IMG/VR virus record: IMGVR_UViG_3300022555_000043
Coordinates: 1 to 64,000 of that record
Direction: 5' to 3' (one strand)
DNA length: 64,000 nt
Source of the DNA: a virus
Lineage: Duplodnaviria > Caudoviricetes
Below the pieces are notes generated by a model. That model was given only the letters and a program-made list of their open reading frames with translations, had not been told where the DNA came from and made no database searches. Position 1 is the first letter of the stretch, and each line of letters opens with the position of its first letter. The position numbers were made by a program, and so were the translations under genes. Of this stretch, positions 35,107-44,557 are shown piece after piece.

Positions 35107-36248
35107 CGTTTCAAGTGGATGATGTAGAGTTCCCGGTAGACCATGATTGCCTCAGTCCCATTGCATCCATTCCAAAAGAATACAAGGTGCAAATACTCCC
35201 TATTCAAAACATGATTCCGCGAATTACTACAGACATAATTTCTCGCGCCCACCCCGTCATTCTGGTTGATTCTTTCATCTACGATAGATATAATACCTTA
35301 CTACCTTTCGATAAAATCCCCACGTTCCTTATAGAATCAAAGGAACAGAATAAAAATCTCGATTCGGTGTTGGACATCATGCATTTCTTCAATAAACATA
35401 AGGTGACCAAGGGATCAACTGTATACGTCATTGGCGGGGGTATCACTCAAGACCTTGGAGCATTTGCATGTGCTATTTACAAACGAGGTATTCCGTGGGT
35501 GTTTGTACCCACCACCTTGCTTTCCCAAACAGACAGTTGCATTGGTGGCAAAACAGCCCTCAATATTGGGGCTAACAAAAATCTACTGGGCCTGTTTTCC
35601 GCCCCTTCAGAAGTGATTATCTGCCCATATTTTTTAGACACACTACCTATGAATGCCATATACTCAGGTTTAGGAGAAGCTTTCCGACTGAGTATTACGG
35701 GAGGATATGAACTTTTTAAAATGTTTGACCGACACGCCAGATATGTGATAAAAGAAACTGATTTTGTTGCTCTGGAACGCATTATTTCATATGCATTATC
35801 TGTCAAGAAATCCATCATTGAATATGACGAATTTGAAACAAACGTTCGTAAAGTAATGAATTACGGGCACACAATCGGTCATGCTCTGGAAGCCGCAACT
35901 CGATATGAAATTCCCCACGGTATTGCTGTGACAATAGGCATTATGGTAGAAACAGAATTGAGTACCAGATTAAAACAGTGCCCTTCTAATCATCAAGACA
36001 TGATCATTGAACTGGGTTGTGCCCTCGTTCCCGAACAAAAAACGAACATGTTACGAACTATTACAGCGGATATGCTGGTTCCGTTTATTCTCCAAGACAA
36101 AAAAGCTGTCGGAAGTATTATCAAAATGCCTATGTTTTATGGATTCGGAGAAATGCATATTGATGATGTAGAATTTAATGAGGCCACAATGATTGAATTA
36201 CGCCAAGCATGGAATTATGTTTTGTGCCGTTTAGGAGTGCCGGAATGA
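35103..36248 (+). CDS. 3-dehydroquinate-synthase-like sugar phosphate cyclase
   Basis: IGGGITQDLGAF, PTTLLSQ.DS.IGGKT, NYGHTIGHALE, PHG.AV. Confidence 0.9.
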   Translation: MTFQVDDVEFPVDHDCLSPIASIPKEYKVQILPIQNMIPRITTDIISRAHPVILVDSFIYDRYNTLLPFDKIPTFLIESKEQNKNLDSVLDIMHFFNKHKVTKGSTVYVIGGGITQDLGAFACAIYKRGIPWVFVPTTLLSQTDSCIGGKTALNIGANKNLLGLFSAPSEVIICPYFLDTLPMNAIYSGLGEAFRLSITGGYELFKMFDRHARYVIKETDFVALERIISYALSVKKSIIEYDEFETNVRKVMNYGHTIGHALEAATRYEIPHGIAVTIGIMVETELSTRLKQCPSNHQDMIIELGCALVPEQKTNMLRTITADMLVPFILQDKKAVGSIIKMPMFYGFGEMHIDDVEFNEATMIELRQAWNYVLCRLGVPE

Positions 36249-37474
36249 ATGTATTATTGTTGGATTTGGGCGCTAGTAGAATCAAAGCCTGCTTGTATTC
36301 CGCACATAAAGAAGAAATACACATGTCTTGCGAATTTGAGACTCCTCAACCTATGTACCTTCCTAAAGGTAAAGTCGAGGTAGACCCTTATGCATACATC
36401 CCTATTTTAAATGCTATTATAGAACAGGCACAACCATTTGGCATAGATCGAATGTGGTTGTGTTCCGAAATGCACGGAGTAATTCTTTTGGATGGCGACA
36501 ACCATCCCATTACCAACTACATCAGTTGGAAAGATTCTCGTGGTTCCACTAAAGGAATCGACGCATCCATATTTAAAAACATAACTGGAATGACCGTACA
36601 TCAAGGATTACCAATTCTCACAATAAGGTATATGTGCAAACATAAACAGCTACCCGAAACATTCCGTATGTGTTCTTTAATTGACTGGTTGTTGATTGAA
36701 TATGGTAATGATGTAGCTGCAGCAAATGCTACTATGCTATTAGGCACAGGATTGTACGGGCTACACTCACAGGCGTATGCCCCATATCTATTCCACATGA
36801 TGGGCATTAAATGTAGTCAGATCAAATCCTCTCCCATAGTCCCTCTTGGCACTCGTCTAGGATTGATTCGCGGAATTCCTGTTTATGGTGGTATAGGAGA
36901 TTTGCAAGCCGCAATTGCTGGATCAGTGCAAATAAATCATAACATCCTTATTAACTTGGGAACAGGATCGCAAATCATAACGCCTCAGCAGATAGGCTCT
37001 CCTTTTACGGAACTTCGCCTTGGTGCGAGAAATGAATGTTTTTCCGCAATCACGCACATTCCTTGTGGAAGAGCATTAAATGTTTTCGCTAAGTTCATAG
37101 GGGAAGAATTATTTTGGAAATGTATGCCTGACTTGGAACCGAAGAATATTTTAGCCGCTAGTATAGGAGTAGGTTTGGATGTTGGTTCTGGGCAGGGTGT
37201 CATATATCATATCAAGGAAGGAGAATTTAATCTCAATAATCTCATGCATGGTATTGCATTAAGTTGGCTAAAGCAATATACTGATCGAATAGAGACAGTT
37301 GACCCCTTGTGTCAATGCCCAACTATATATGTGGCAGGAGGTCTAAGCCGCAAATTACCATTTGTGGTTCCTGTGTTGGAAGCATTAACGAATAGGCAGG
37401 TTGGTTTAGTGCGCCCAATGACTGGCGAAGAAACCCTTGATGGTCTGCTGTTTTTGGCAAAGGAGAATATGTGA
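36245..37474 (+). CDS. FGGY-family carbohydrate kinase (sedoheptulokinase-like)
   Basis: LDLGASRIK, EMHG, ISWKD.RG, GIGDLQAA, INLGTGSQI, AGG. Confidence 0.8.
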   Translation: MNVLLLDLGASRIKACLYSAHKEEIHMSCEFETPQPMYLPKGKVEVDPYAYIPILNAIIEQAQPFGIDRMWLCSEMHGVILLDGDNHPITNYISWKDSRGSTKGIDASIFKNITGMTVHQGLPILTIRYMCKHKQLPETFRMCSLIDWLLIEYGNDVAAANATMLLGTGLYGLHSQAYAPYLFHMMGIKCSQIKSSPIVPLGTRLGLIRGIPVYGGIGDLQAAIAGSVQINHNILINLGTGSQIITPQQIGSPFTELRLGARNECFSAITHIPCGRALNVFAKFIGEELFWKCMPDLEPKNILAASIGVGLDVGSGQGVIYHIKEGEFNLNNLMHGIALSWLKQYTDRIETVDPLCQCPTIYVAGGLSRKLPFVVPVLEALTNRQVGLVRPMTGEETLDGLLFLAKENM

Positions 37475-38124
37475 ATTACCGATTGTATATCAAAACTATG
37501 TTTTCCGTCATCAAAGCATACGGTGTAAACATTCCGATAATGGATAAAGCAGGAGTAGGATATGGGCATTTGGAAGCCATAACCTATGACTACAAATATA
37601 GTCGCCCGTGGCTACCAAAATTGCTGGGCGATTGGAGAAGGGCAAACCCTTCATTATCAGCCAGTCAATTCGAAATCACCGAAGCCAACACGACAGCATG
37701 GTTGGATAAACTTGTACTGTTCCGACCTGACCGAATCCTGTTCATGATCATTGATAATGAAGGAAACCAGATAGGGCATATAGGATACTCCTCATTTGAT
37801 TTCGAACATGGAACTGCCGAAATAGATTGTGTTCTAAGGGGTCAGAAAACCCCATATCCTATGATGACGTATGCACTGGACTGTTTAATAAAATATGGAT
37901 ATGATAAACTAAAATTGAGGATCATCAATCTTTCGACAATGGCAGACAATACAAAATCTACACAACTCTACCAACGATGCGGTTTCAAAATCATGAGGGA
38001 CATCCCTTTATTCAAGCACACACTTCCGACAGGGGAGATTCGTTGGGACGAAGACCTTACAAAAAATTCAAGCGAAACAGATAAATGGGGTGTATACATG
38101 TGCCATATTAAGGAGTCAACATGA
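37471..38124 (+). CDS. GNAT (RimJ/RimL-like) N-acetyltransferase
   Basis: QIGHIG, AEID.VLRG, N.KS..LYQRCGF; GTG start coupled to upstream stop. Confidence 0.8.
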   Translation: MNYRLYIKTMFSVIKAYGVNIPIMDKAGVGYGHLEAITYDYKYSRPWLPKLLGDWRRANPSLSASQFEITEANTTAWLDKLVLFRPDRILFMIIDNEGNQIGHIGYSSFDFEHGTAEIDCVLRGQKTPYPMMTYALDCLIKYGYDKLKLRIINLSTMADNTKSTQLYQRCGFKIMRDIPLFKHTLPTGEIRWDEDLTKNSSETDKWGVYMCHIKEST

Positions 38125-39233
38125 ACAAGAAGATCAGTTTTGCAGGCCCATGGATTACCGACAAAGAGATAGACTTCGTACTGGAAGCTGCCCGGGACGG
38201 GCATTACGAAATCTTCGACAAGTACATCAAGAATTTCGAAGCGGAAGCCCGAAAGTATTTTGGTGTCAAGTATGCCATAGGCACCCACTGCGCAACACAT
38301 GCCCTGCATCTTGCCTGTGCCGCTATTGGATTGAAGAAGGGCGATGAAGTGATTGTCACCGATCACAGTTGGTCGGCCACAGCCTTTGCCGTCACCTATA
38401 CGGGTGCTACCTGCATCTTTGTGGATATTGATCCTGTCACACTGTGTATCTCCCCTGACGCTATCGAAGCGGCAATTACTCCCCAAACCAAAGCTATCAT
38501 GATGGTACACAATTTCGGAGTTCCTGCAGATATGGTGGAAATCATGTCTATTGCACAGAAATACAACCTTCGTGTCATCGAAGATGCCGCGCCCGCATTA
38601 GGTTCCTTGTACTACGGTCAAAAATGCGGAACCATTGGAGATGTCGGCTGCATCAGTTTCCAAGGAGCGAAAATAGCGATCAGCCAAGAAGGTGGCCTGC
38701 TCATCACCAATAATAAGGAAATCTATGATCGTGCATTGCTTCTTTCTTCTATGGGACGCACAGACAGCGAAGCCCCTTTCTGGTGCGATGAAGTAGGATT
38801 TCAGTATACCATTGGGAGCCTTCCTTCCGCTATGGCAACCATCCAGTTACAGCGGATTGACGAATTGATTGACAACAAACGCAAAATCTATTCGTGGTAC
38901 AAAGCTCGTTTGGAAGATAGCATATATTGCCATATGGTGCATGAAAAACCGGGAACCTTTGCCAACTACACGTATCCTTCCATCTGGCTGTATGATCATG
39001 TCGGAAAATCCAATACGCGAATCATTGCCGAATTGAAAACCCTGAATGTCCATTGCAGGCCGGGATTCCCCCCTATGAGCCGCTTCCCAATGTACAAAGA
39101 CGATCAGCGGTTTGAAAACCCCGTAGCCTACAAATTCTGGAAACGTGGAATTGTGCTTCCTGCAGCGCACAACCTTGTCAGGGAAGACATTGATTTTGTC
39201 TGTGATAACCTTAACCGTATTGTAAGGGGGTGA
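38121..39233 (+). CDS. DegT/DnrJ/EryC1/StrS sugar aminotransferase (perosamine-synthase-like)
   Basis: ALHLA, GDEVI, IEDAA.ALG, SFQGAK PLP lysine, EGG, RPGFPP. Confidence 0.93.
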   Translation: MNKKISFAGPWITDKEIDFVLEAARDGHYEIFDKYIKNFEAEARKYFGVKYAIGTHCATHALHLACAAIGLKKGDEVIVTDHSWSATAFAVTYTGATCIFVDIDPVTLCISPDAIEAAITPQTKAIMMVHNFGVPADMVEIMSIAQKYNLRVIEDAAPALGSLYYGQKCGTIGDVGCISFQGAKIAISQEGGLLITNNKEIYDRALLLSSMGRTDSEAPFWCDEVGFQYTIGSLPSAMATIQLQRIDELIDNKRKIYSWYKARLEDSIYCHMVHEKPGTFANYTYPSIWLYDHVGKSNTRIIAELKTLNVHCRPGFPPMSRFPMYKDDQRFENPVAYKFWKRGIVLPAAHNLVREDIDFVCDNLNRIVRG

Positions 39234-39234
39234 T

Positions 39235-39951
39235 ATGACCTACAACTTCCGCATCTACATCTCATTTGCCAGAAATATGGAACTGCTGAACAAATGCATT
39301 GATTCCGTAGTTCCCCAAATAAGGGAATTTTCTACATGGAAAGGTAAGAAAATCGTAGTGATCAATGATTCCGGGGAAGACATCCGTGGACAATGCCACT
39401 TTCCCGATGAAGTTGAAATCTACGAAATGCCCTATCGAATCAAACTCAGTCCCGCCATTATGGGAGATTGGGTTGTAAAGGATGCCTTCTACACCAATCA
39501 GCCGTTCGCCATGACCCTACATACCGATGCCGAACTGTTGCCCGGAGCAATGAAGGATATCCTCGATAAAGCCAAGGAGATAGAAGGAACCAAATGGGGA
39601 ATGCTCTTCGGTGGTGCTGGATGGCAAGTATTCGCCCTTTATAACCCACGCTTCTTTGTGGATGAAAATGTCTGGCATGATCCCTATCTCTTCCCTTTCT
39701 ACTATCAGGATAACCACCTCTACAGGATCATGACCCTGAGAGGGTGGTATGTAACACAATCTGATTCAAAAATCCCCACTATTATCCACAAAAGTAGCCA
39801 TTATCTCAAAGAAGACCCTATCTTTAAACGCAAAAATGATATAGCATTCCCAGCACATGGTTGGATTTACGCACAGATTTGGGGAGGCTTGCCCGGGTAT
39901 GAAACATCTGTCGATCCCTACGCAGCGGGCACGTTGCCGAAAAAGGTCTGA
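39235..39951 (+). CDS. GT-A fold (GT2-like) glycosyltransferase
   Basis: VVINDS, HTD, YYQDN, WGG.PG.E motifs. Confidence 0.7.
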   Translation: MTYNFRIYISFARNMELLNKCIDSVVPQIREFSTWKGKKIVVINDSGEDIRGQCHFPDEVEIYEMPYRIKLSPAIMGDWVVKDAFYTNQPFAMTLHTDAELLPGAMKDILDKAKEIEGTKWGMLFGGAGWQVFALYNPRFFVDENVWHDPYLFPFYYQDNHLYRIMTLRGWYVTQSDSKIPTIIHKSSHYLKEDPIFKRKNDIAFPAHGWIYAQIWGGLPGYETSVDPYAAGTLPKKV

Positions 39952-39954
39952 CAC

Positions 39955-40743
39955 ATGATCTGCGAATGTTTCTACTTCTGGAACGAACTCGACCTCTTGG
40001 ATGCCAAACTTCACGAACATAGTGGAGTAGTGGATCGGTTCGTCCTATTGGAATTCCCAACATCCTTACGGCATATCCCACAACGTCTGCAATATGAGGA
40101 GAACAAAGAAAGATTCAAAGAATTTCAAGACAAGATATTCCATATCGTAGGCCCAAACGATCATCCAGAATTGTACGGGCTGAATTTATTGTTCGCCAGA
40201 CATAAGAATTATCTCACTGGATTGGCAGATTGCGCTCCCAATGACATCATCATCCTATCTTCTCCTGATGTGATATGGAAAGCCTCTACGCTGGAACAAT
40301 TGAAAACAATAGACATGGAAAATTCCAGTGTTCAATTCGTTGCCGATTGGTATAGTTACTACATGGATTTTTTCTGCACCGAAATTAAATATGATTTTGA
40401 TGGGGCTTGTCTATACAAACATCTGAAATACCACAATTCAAACAATCGCCCCCTCATTCCTGTAGGAACCAGAATTACCGATGCGGGATGACATTTCTCC
40501 CATCTTGGTGGTGTGGATAAAATACTTGCTAATCTTCATGGGCACCCACACACGGAAATGGATAATGAGATAACCCGAGACAGGGCTACTATGATCATGA
40601 AAATGGGACAAGGATTTGCTTGGGGAGCGAGTGGGGGATATAGAAAGGTAATGCAGTATGTACCTCGCAACCCACAAAACTATCCCGCTTACATCAACGA
40701 CCATCCCGAAATCTTCGGAAAATATTTCAGGAACAAGGAGTAG
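39955..40743 (+). pseudogene. GT17-like (beta-1,4-GlcNAc transferase family) glycosyltransferase with one in-frame TGA at 40489-40491 (nonsense allele or readthrough)
   Basis: CF.FWNELDLL..LHE..VVD.FV..E, DIIILS..D; DAG*HFSHLGG where homologues read GWHFS. Confidence 0.8.
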
Positions 40744-40746
40744 ACA

Positions 40747-42126
40747 ATGAAGACTAAGGTTCTGTGCTGGCTTGATTCTCCCACCTGTGCAACAGGTTTC
40801 GGACAGGTCGCCAACAATGTCCTGAAGCGACTTTATGCCACGGGACTGTATGAATTCGACATCATAGGGATCAACCATGCGGGCGATCCTTACGACACCA
40901 CTCAGTACCCCTATCGCATCTTTCCCGCAGTTGCCCCTCTTTCTGGGGATGACAAGATGCGCACGGATGTGTATGGATTCCAAAAGATGCTGTTGTTCGC
41001 TGGTATGGGGCGCTACGATATCGTGTTCATCCTCAATGACACCTTCGTCATCAACGCTATTATAAAACCCCTTCTTGAAGCACAACAGAAGATGCCCAAG
41101 GACAAGAAATTCGAAATCATCACGTACTTCCCTGTCGATTCTCCTCTCAAGAAAGAATGGGTAGACAACGTGGTATCTTCCATTTCATTCCCGGTCACTT
41201 ACACCAACTACGCTTTCAAGGAATGCCTCAAACACGACCCCGGACTCAGCAAGAACCTCAAAGTCGTTTACCATGGAGTAGACAAAAACATTTTCTTCCC
41301 CATAGGAGAACCTGCCAAATTGAAGAGGGAAATCCTTGGGCCAGATCACTGCCAGAAATACGTTGTTCTCAATGTAAACCGCAACCAGCCCAGAAAAGAC
41401 CTGCACAGGACATTTGCAGGCTTCAAGATTTTCCATGAAAAGTACCCCAACACCCTACTGTTCATTCTGGCACAATCGCAGGATGTGGGAGGCGATCTGA
41501 TGGAAATTGCCAAGAGTTATGGCTTGGTTTGGGACAAAGATTGGGTTTGTCCTGCCCCGGGAAGCTATGGTGCCAACCAAGGCTATCCTATTGCAGTAGT
41601 CAATAAAATCTACAATGCTGCCGATGTCGTCATTTCCAGCACTCTGGGCGAAGGATGGGGACTGAGTATTTCCGAAGCCTTCGCTACCATCAAACCCGCT
41701 ATTTTCCCCGACAACACCAGCCTCCATGAAATCATTGGGGAAAATTCGGAACGTGGTTGGTTCATCAAATCCGGGGAAGACCTCGACCATTTCACCTGCC
41801 TTGGATCGGCTGACAACAACCAAGTTCGCCCAACCATCAACGTCTTCTCTCTGGCCGATCAACTGGAATATGTATACACCCATCCTGAAGAAGCGCAGGC
41901 CAAAGCAGAGAGGGCGTATAGTGAAGTATGGGTTTGGGATGACCTGTGCAAGACTTGGGCCGAAATATTCGCTCAAGCCAGCAAGAAAGTAGTTACCATG
42001 CGCTCGGACATCAAAGTTGAACGCAACGCCCCGTGTCCTTGTGGTTCGGGCGAGAAGTGGAAGCATTGCTGCGGAGCTTCCTACGTACGATCTGCCACTG
42101 GGGAACTCAAAAAGATTGTAGATTAG
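40747..42126 (+). CDS. GT-B (GT4-like) glycosyltransferase with C-terminal SEC-C motif
   Basis: DSP..ATGF..V, YHGVD, NRNQPRK, YNAADV, GEGWGL...EA; tail [17 protein letters not shown]. Confidence 0.9.
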   Translation: MKTKVLCWLDSPTCATGFGQVANNVLKRLYATGLYEFDIIGINHAGDPYDTTQYPYRIFPAVAPLSGDDKMRTDVYGFQKMLLFAGMGRYDIVFILNDTFVINAIIKPLLEAQQKMPKDKKFEIITYFPVDSPLKKEWVDNVVSSISFPVTYTNYAFKECLKHDPGLSKNLKVVYHGVDKNIFFPIGEPAKLKREILGPDHCQKYVVLNVNRNQPRKDLHRTFAGFKIFHEKYPNTLLFILAQSQDVGGDLMEIAKSYGLVWDKDWVCPAPGSYGANQGYPIAVVNKIYNAADVVISSTLGEGWGLSISEAFATIKPAIFPDNTSLHEIIGENSERGWFIKSGEDLDHFTCLGSADNNQVRPTINVFSLADQLEYVYTHPEEAQAKAERAYSEVWVWDDLCKTWAEIFAQASKKVVTMRSDIKVERNAPCPCGSGEKWKHCCGASYVRSATGELKKIVD

Positions 42127-42127
42127 C

Positions 42128-42187
42128 TTGACTCAAATCAGAACATATGATATATTAAAGGCAGGTCGCAAGGCTTGCCTTTAATAT
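42128..42187 (+). promoter_or_regulatory. Promoter TTGACT-17-TATATT overlapped by a 16-bp hairpin with GCAA loop
   Basis: ATATTAAAGGCAGGTC-GCAA-GGCTTGCCTTTAATAT at 42152-42187. Confidence 0.75.
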
Positions 42188-42199
42188 CTAGGAGCTAAG

Positions 42200-43435
42200 A
42201 TGCTTAAAACCGTCGATATACAGAACTTCCAGAGCCACAAAAACACCCATCTGGATTTAACAAACGGTGTAAATAGCATCATTGGAATTTCGAACCACGG
42301 GAAAACATCCATACTCAGGGCGATCAACTGGGTCATTACCAATCGTCCTTCGGGGGAAGCTTTCGTATCCAACTTCGTGCGCGATGAAAAAGGCAACCAG
42401 AAAGAAGACTGCATTGTTACCTTGACCACCGATACTCATGTTGTATCCAGAGTGCGCGGTGCCAAGCGAAACCTCTACATCTTGGATGGCAAAGAATTGG
42501 AAGCCATAGGAATGGCCGTTCCCCAAGAAATACAGGATGCTCTCAATTTCTCCACCGTGAACATCCAAGCCCAAATGGAAATGCCCTTCCTCTTAGCAAG
42601 CACTGCCGGAGAGGTCGCTCAGTTCTTCAATCGAATCGTCCACCTCGACACAATAGACACCTATCTTTCCGATATTGAAAGTAAGAAGCGGGCAACAAAA
42701 AGTGAGTTGGAATTAGCCCGCACCAATTTAAAAAGCACTGAAGATGATCTAGCCAAATATGATTGGGTAGATCGTGCGCAAGAACTTATGGCAAAACTCA
42801 AAGATGCCAAAGAACGATCCACGGCTCTCTTCGCGCAATACGAACAACTGCGCCAATCCATCAAAGCATATCAGGAATACGCTGAAATCATTGAACAGTC
42901 TTCTGTGGTTGACAAAGCCATAACCATACTGGAACATGTAAAAGATTGCAAAACTCGACAGCAAACCTATCTCCAAGAATACCACATCCTTCACGATTCC
43001 ATTTCCTCATACAAAGAATTCGATAAGTTCCTACAATCCATTCAATTCATAGACAAGGCTGTACTCCTGTTGGGATCATTAGAAACCTTACAGAAAAGAC
43101 GGGATGCTTTACGAACCACCGCAAATAATCTAGCCTCTCTTATGAATGATTTCATTCGCAACCAGAAAGACATTGAATCTGCCTCATGTGTGACATATGC
43201 CGAAAAACTGATCAAAAAAATCAGTGGTTTGCAAGCCAATAAGGTAGGATTAAAGCTAATGCACAGTAATCTGTGGGCATCCATTGAAGAATACAAACTC
43301 TACCAACAAACATTGGATGCTTTCGAAGGAGAATTCGCTGTATTGAAATCACAACTTCCTGCAACATGCCCTTCTTGTGGGCAACCCCTATCAGCAGACT
43401 ATCTCGCGGAACATGTAGGAGCTTCTCATGGATAA
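42200..43435 (+). CDS. SbcC/Rad50/gp46-like ATPase, N-terminal half (Walker A to Zn hook)
   Basis: NFQSH, GISNHGKTS, Q-loop NIQ.Q, coiled coil, terminal CPSCGQ. Confidence 0.9.
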   Translation: MLKTVDIQNFQSHKNTHLDLTNGVNSIIGISNHGKTSILRAINWVITNRPSGEAFVSNFVRDEKGNQKEDCIVTLTTDTHVVSRVRGAKRNLYILDGKELEAIGMAVPQEIQDALNFSTVNIQAQMEMPFLLASTAGEVAQFFNRIVHLDTIDTYLSDIESKKRATKSELELARTNLKSTEDDLAKYDWVDRAQELMAKLKDAKERSTALFAQYEQLRQSIKAYQEYAEIIEQSSVVDKAITILEHVKDCKTRQQTYLQEYHILHDSISSYKEFDKFLQSIQFIDKAVLLLGSLETLQKRRDALRTTANNLASLMNDFIRNQKDIESASCVTYAEKLIKKISGLQANKVGLKLMHSNLWASIEEYKLYQQTLDAFEGEFAVLKSQLPATCPSCGQPLSADYLAEHVGASHG

Positions 43436-44315
43436 ATTCATCAATACGAGCGATTGGCATTTGCGGGAGGACAAACCCCTCTGCTTCATTGGTACAGACC
43501 GCCAGTGGATGGAAGCGCAGGAAAACGCTATCAATTTCATTGTTGACGAAGCCAACTTCTATAATGCAGATATAATTCATAATGGGGATTTGTACAACAC
43601 TCCAAGAGTCGCCCCGGCAGTCAGCAATATGTTTCTAAGAACTGTCCAAAGGCTCAGGGGCAGGTTCTACATAATCGCAGGGAACCACTGTTTGCCGTGG
43701 CATAAGCAAGAAAACCTCATGGATAGTTCCATTGGGGCTTTATCCGCACAAACTACGGATACCAGCAAGATCGTTTACCTAACATGCCAAGAATCCAACA
43801 ATGCGGGTAGATTTGAACACAGTGTTGCACTCAATGACGAAATTCTTATTGTCCATACCTTAGCATTCCCAACCGCAGAAGATATTCCATTTGGTGCCAA
43901 TGCTGTAACAGGTAAGAACTTGCTGGACAAATACAAGGAATACAATACTATTCTAGTTGGTGATTACCACGAAGCCTTCCAAGTTCATGAAGGAAGTCGC
44001 CACCTCATCAATCCCGGTTGTATGATGATTCAGGCAGCCGATATGATCAAATACCAACCGAGAATTGCTTATGTGGATTATGGTGCTGACCTGTTCATGT
44101 GGATTGATATCCCCACTGATTATACATTGCTCTCAGACAACCACCTCGTACTGAAGGCAGAACGAGACAGCCGCATCAAAGCTTTCGTTGAAACCATAAA
44201 GAAAAATGGAAAGTTGTCCTTGTCTTTTATCGACAATTTGGATAAATTCCTCTTGGAAGGAAATCTCGATCAGGATGTTCTGAACATCTTCATAGAACTG
44301 AAAGGAGCAAACTAA
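43428..44315 (+). CDS. SbcD/Mre11/gp47-like metallophosphoesterase nuclease
   Basis: SDWH, GDLY, GNH, GDYH, NPG motifs. Confidence 0.9.
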   Translation: MDKFINTSDWHLREDKPLCFIGTDRQWMEAQENAINFIVDEANFYNADIIHNGDLYNTPRVAPAVSNMFLRTVQRLRGRFYIIAGNHCLPWHKQENLMDSSIGALSAQTTDTSKIVYLTCQESNNAGRFEHSVALNDEILIVHTLAFPTAEDIPFGANAVTGKNLLDKYKEYNTILVGDYHEAFQVHEGSRHLINPGCMMIQAADMIKYQPRIAYVDYGADLFMWIDIPTDYTLLSDNHLVLKAERDSRIKAFVETIKKNGKLSLSFIDNLDKFLLEGNLDQDVLNIFIELKGAN

Positions 44316-44557
44316 TGGACGATAGAACACTGGCGAACATCACCAGCAAGGTAGAGCAACTCAAGCAGAAGAAAGCCCGGGCGGAAGGCGGAATGGAAAC
44401 AGTCACCAAGGATTGGAAGGCCCGTTACGACCTCAATACCCTTGAGGAAGCCCAAGCGAAGGAAGTCTCGGTCAACGAACAAATGGTAGCCGTAGATAAA
44501 GAGACGGAGGAGTATTTCGCAGAACTGGTTGGACTGGCTAACTGGAACTTGATATGA
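44315..44557 (+). CDS. Small coiled-coil protein (80 aa)
   Basis: Coupled ORF within nuclease operon. Confidence 0.7.
   Translation: MDDRTLANITSKVEQLKQKKARAEGGMETVTKDWKARYDLNTLEEAQAKEVSVNEQMVAVDKETEEYFAELVGLANWNLI

Noticed and set aside
35103-36248. AroB as an auxiliary gene for aromatic amino acid synthesis
   Set aside because: No other shikimate genes; embedded in and coupled to sugar-modification genes, so a cyclase role in the glycan pathway is more parsimonious
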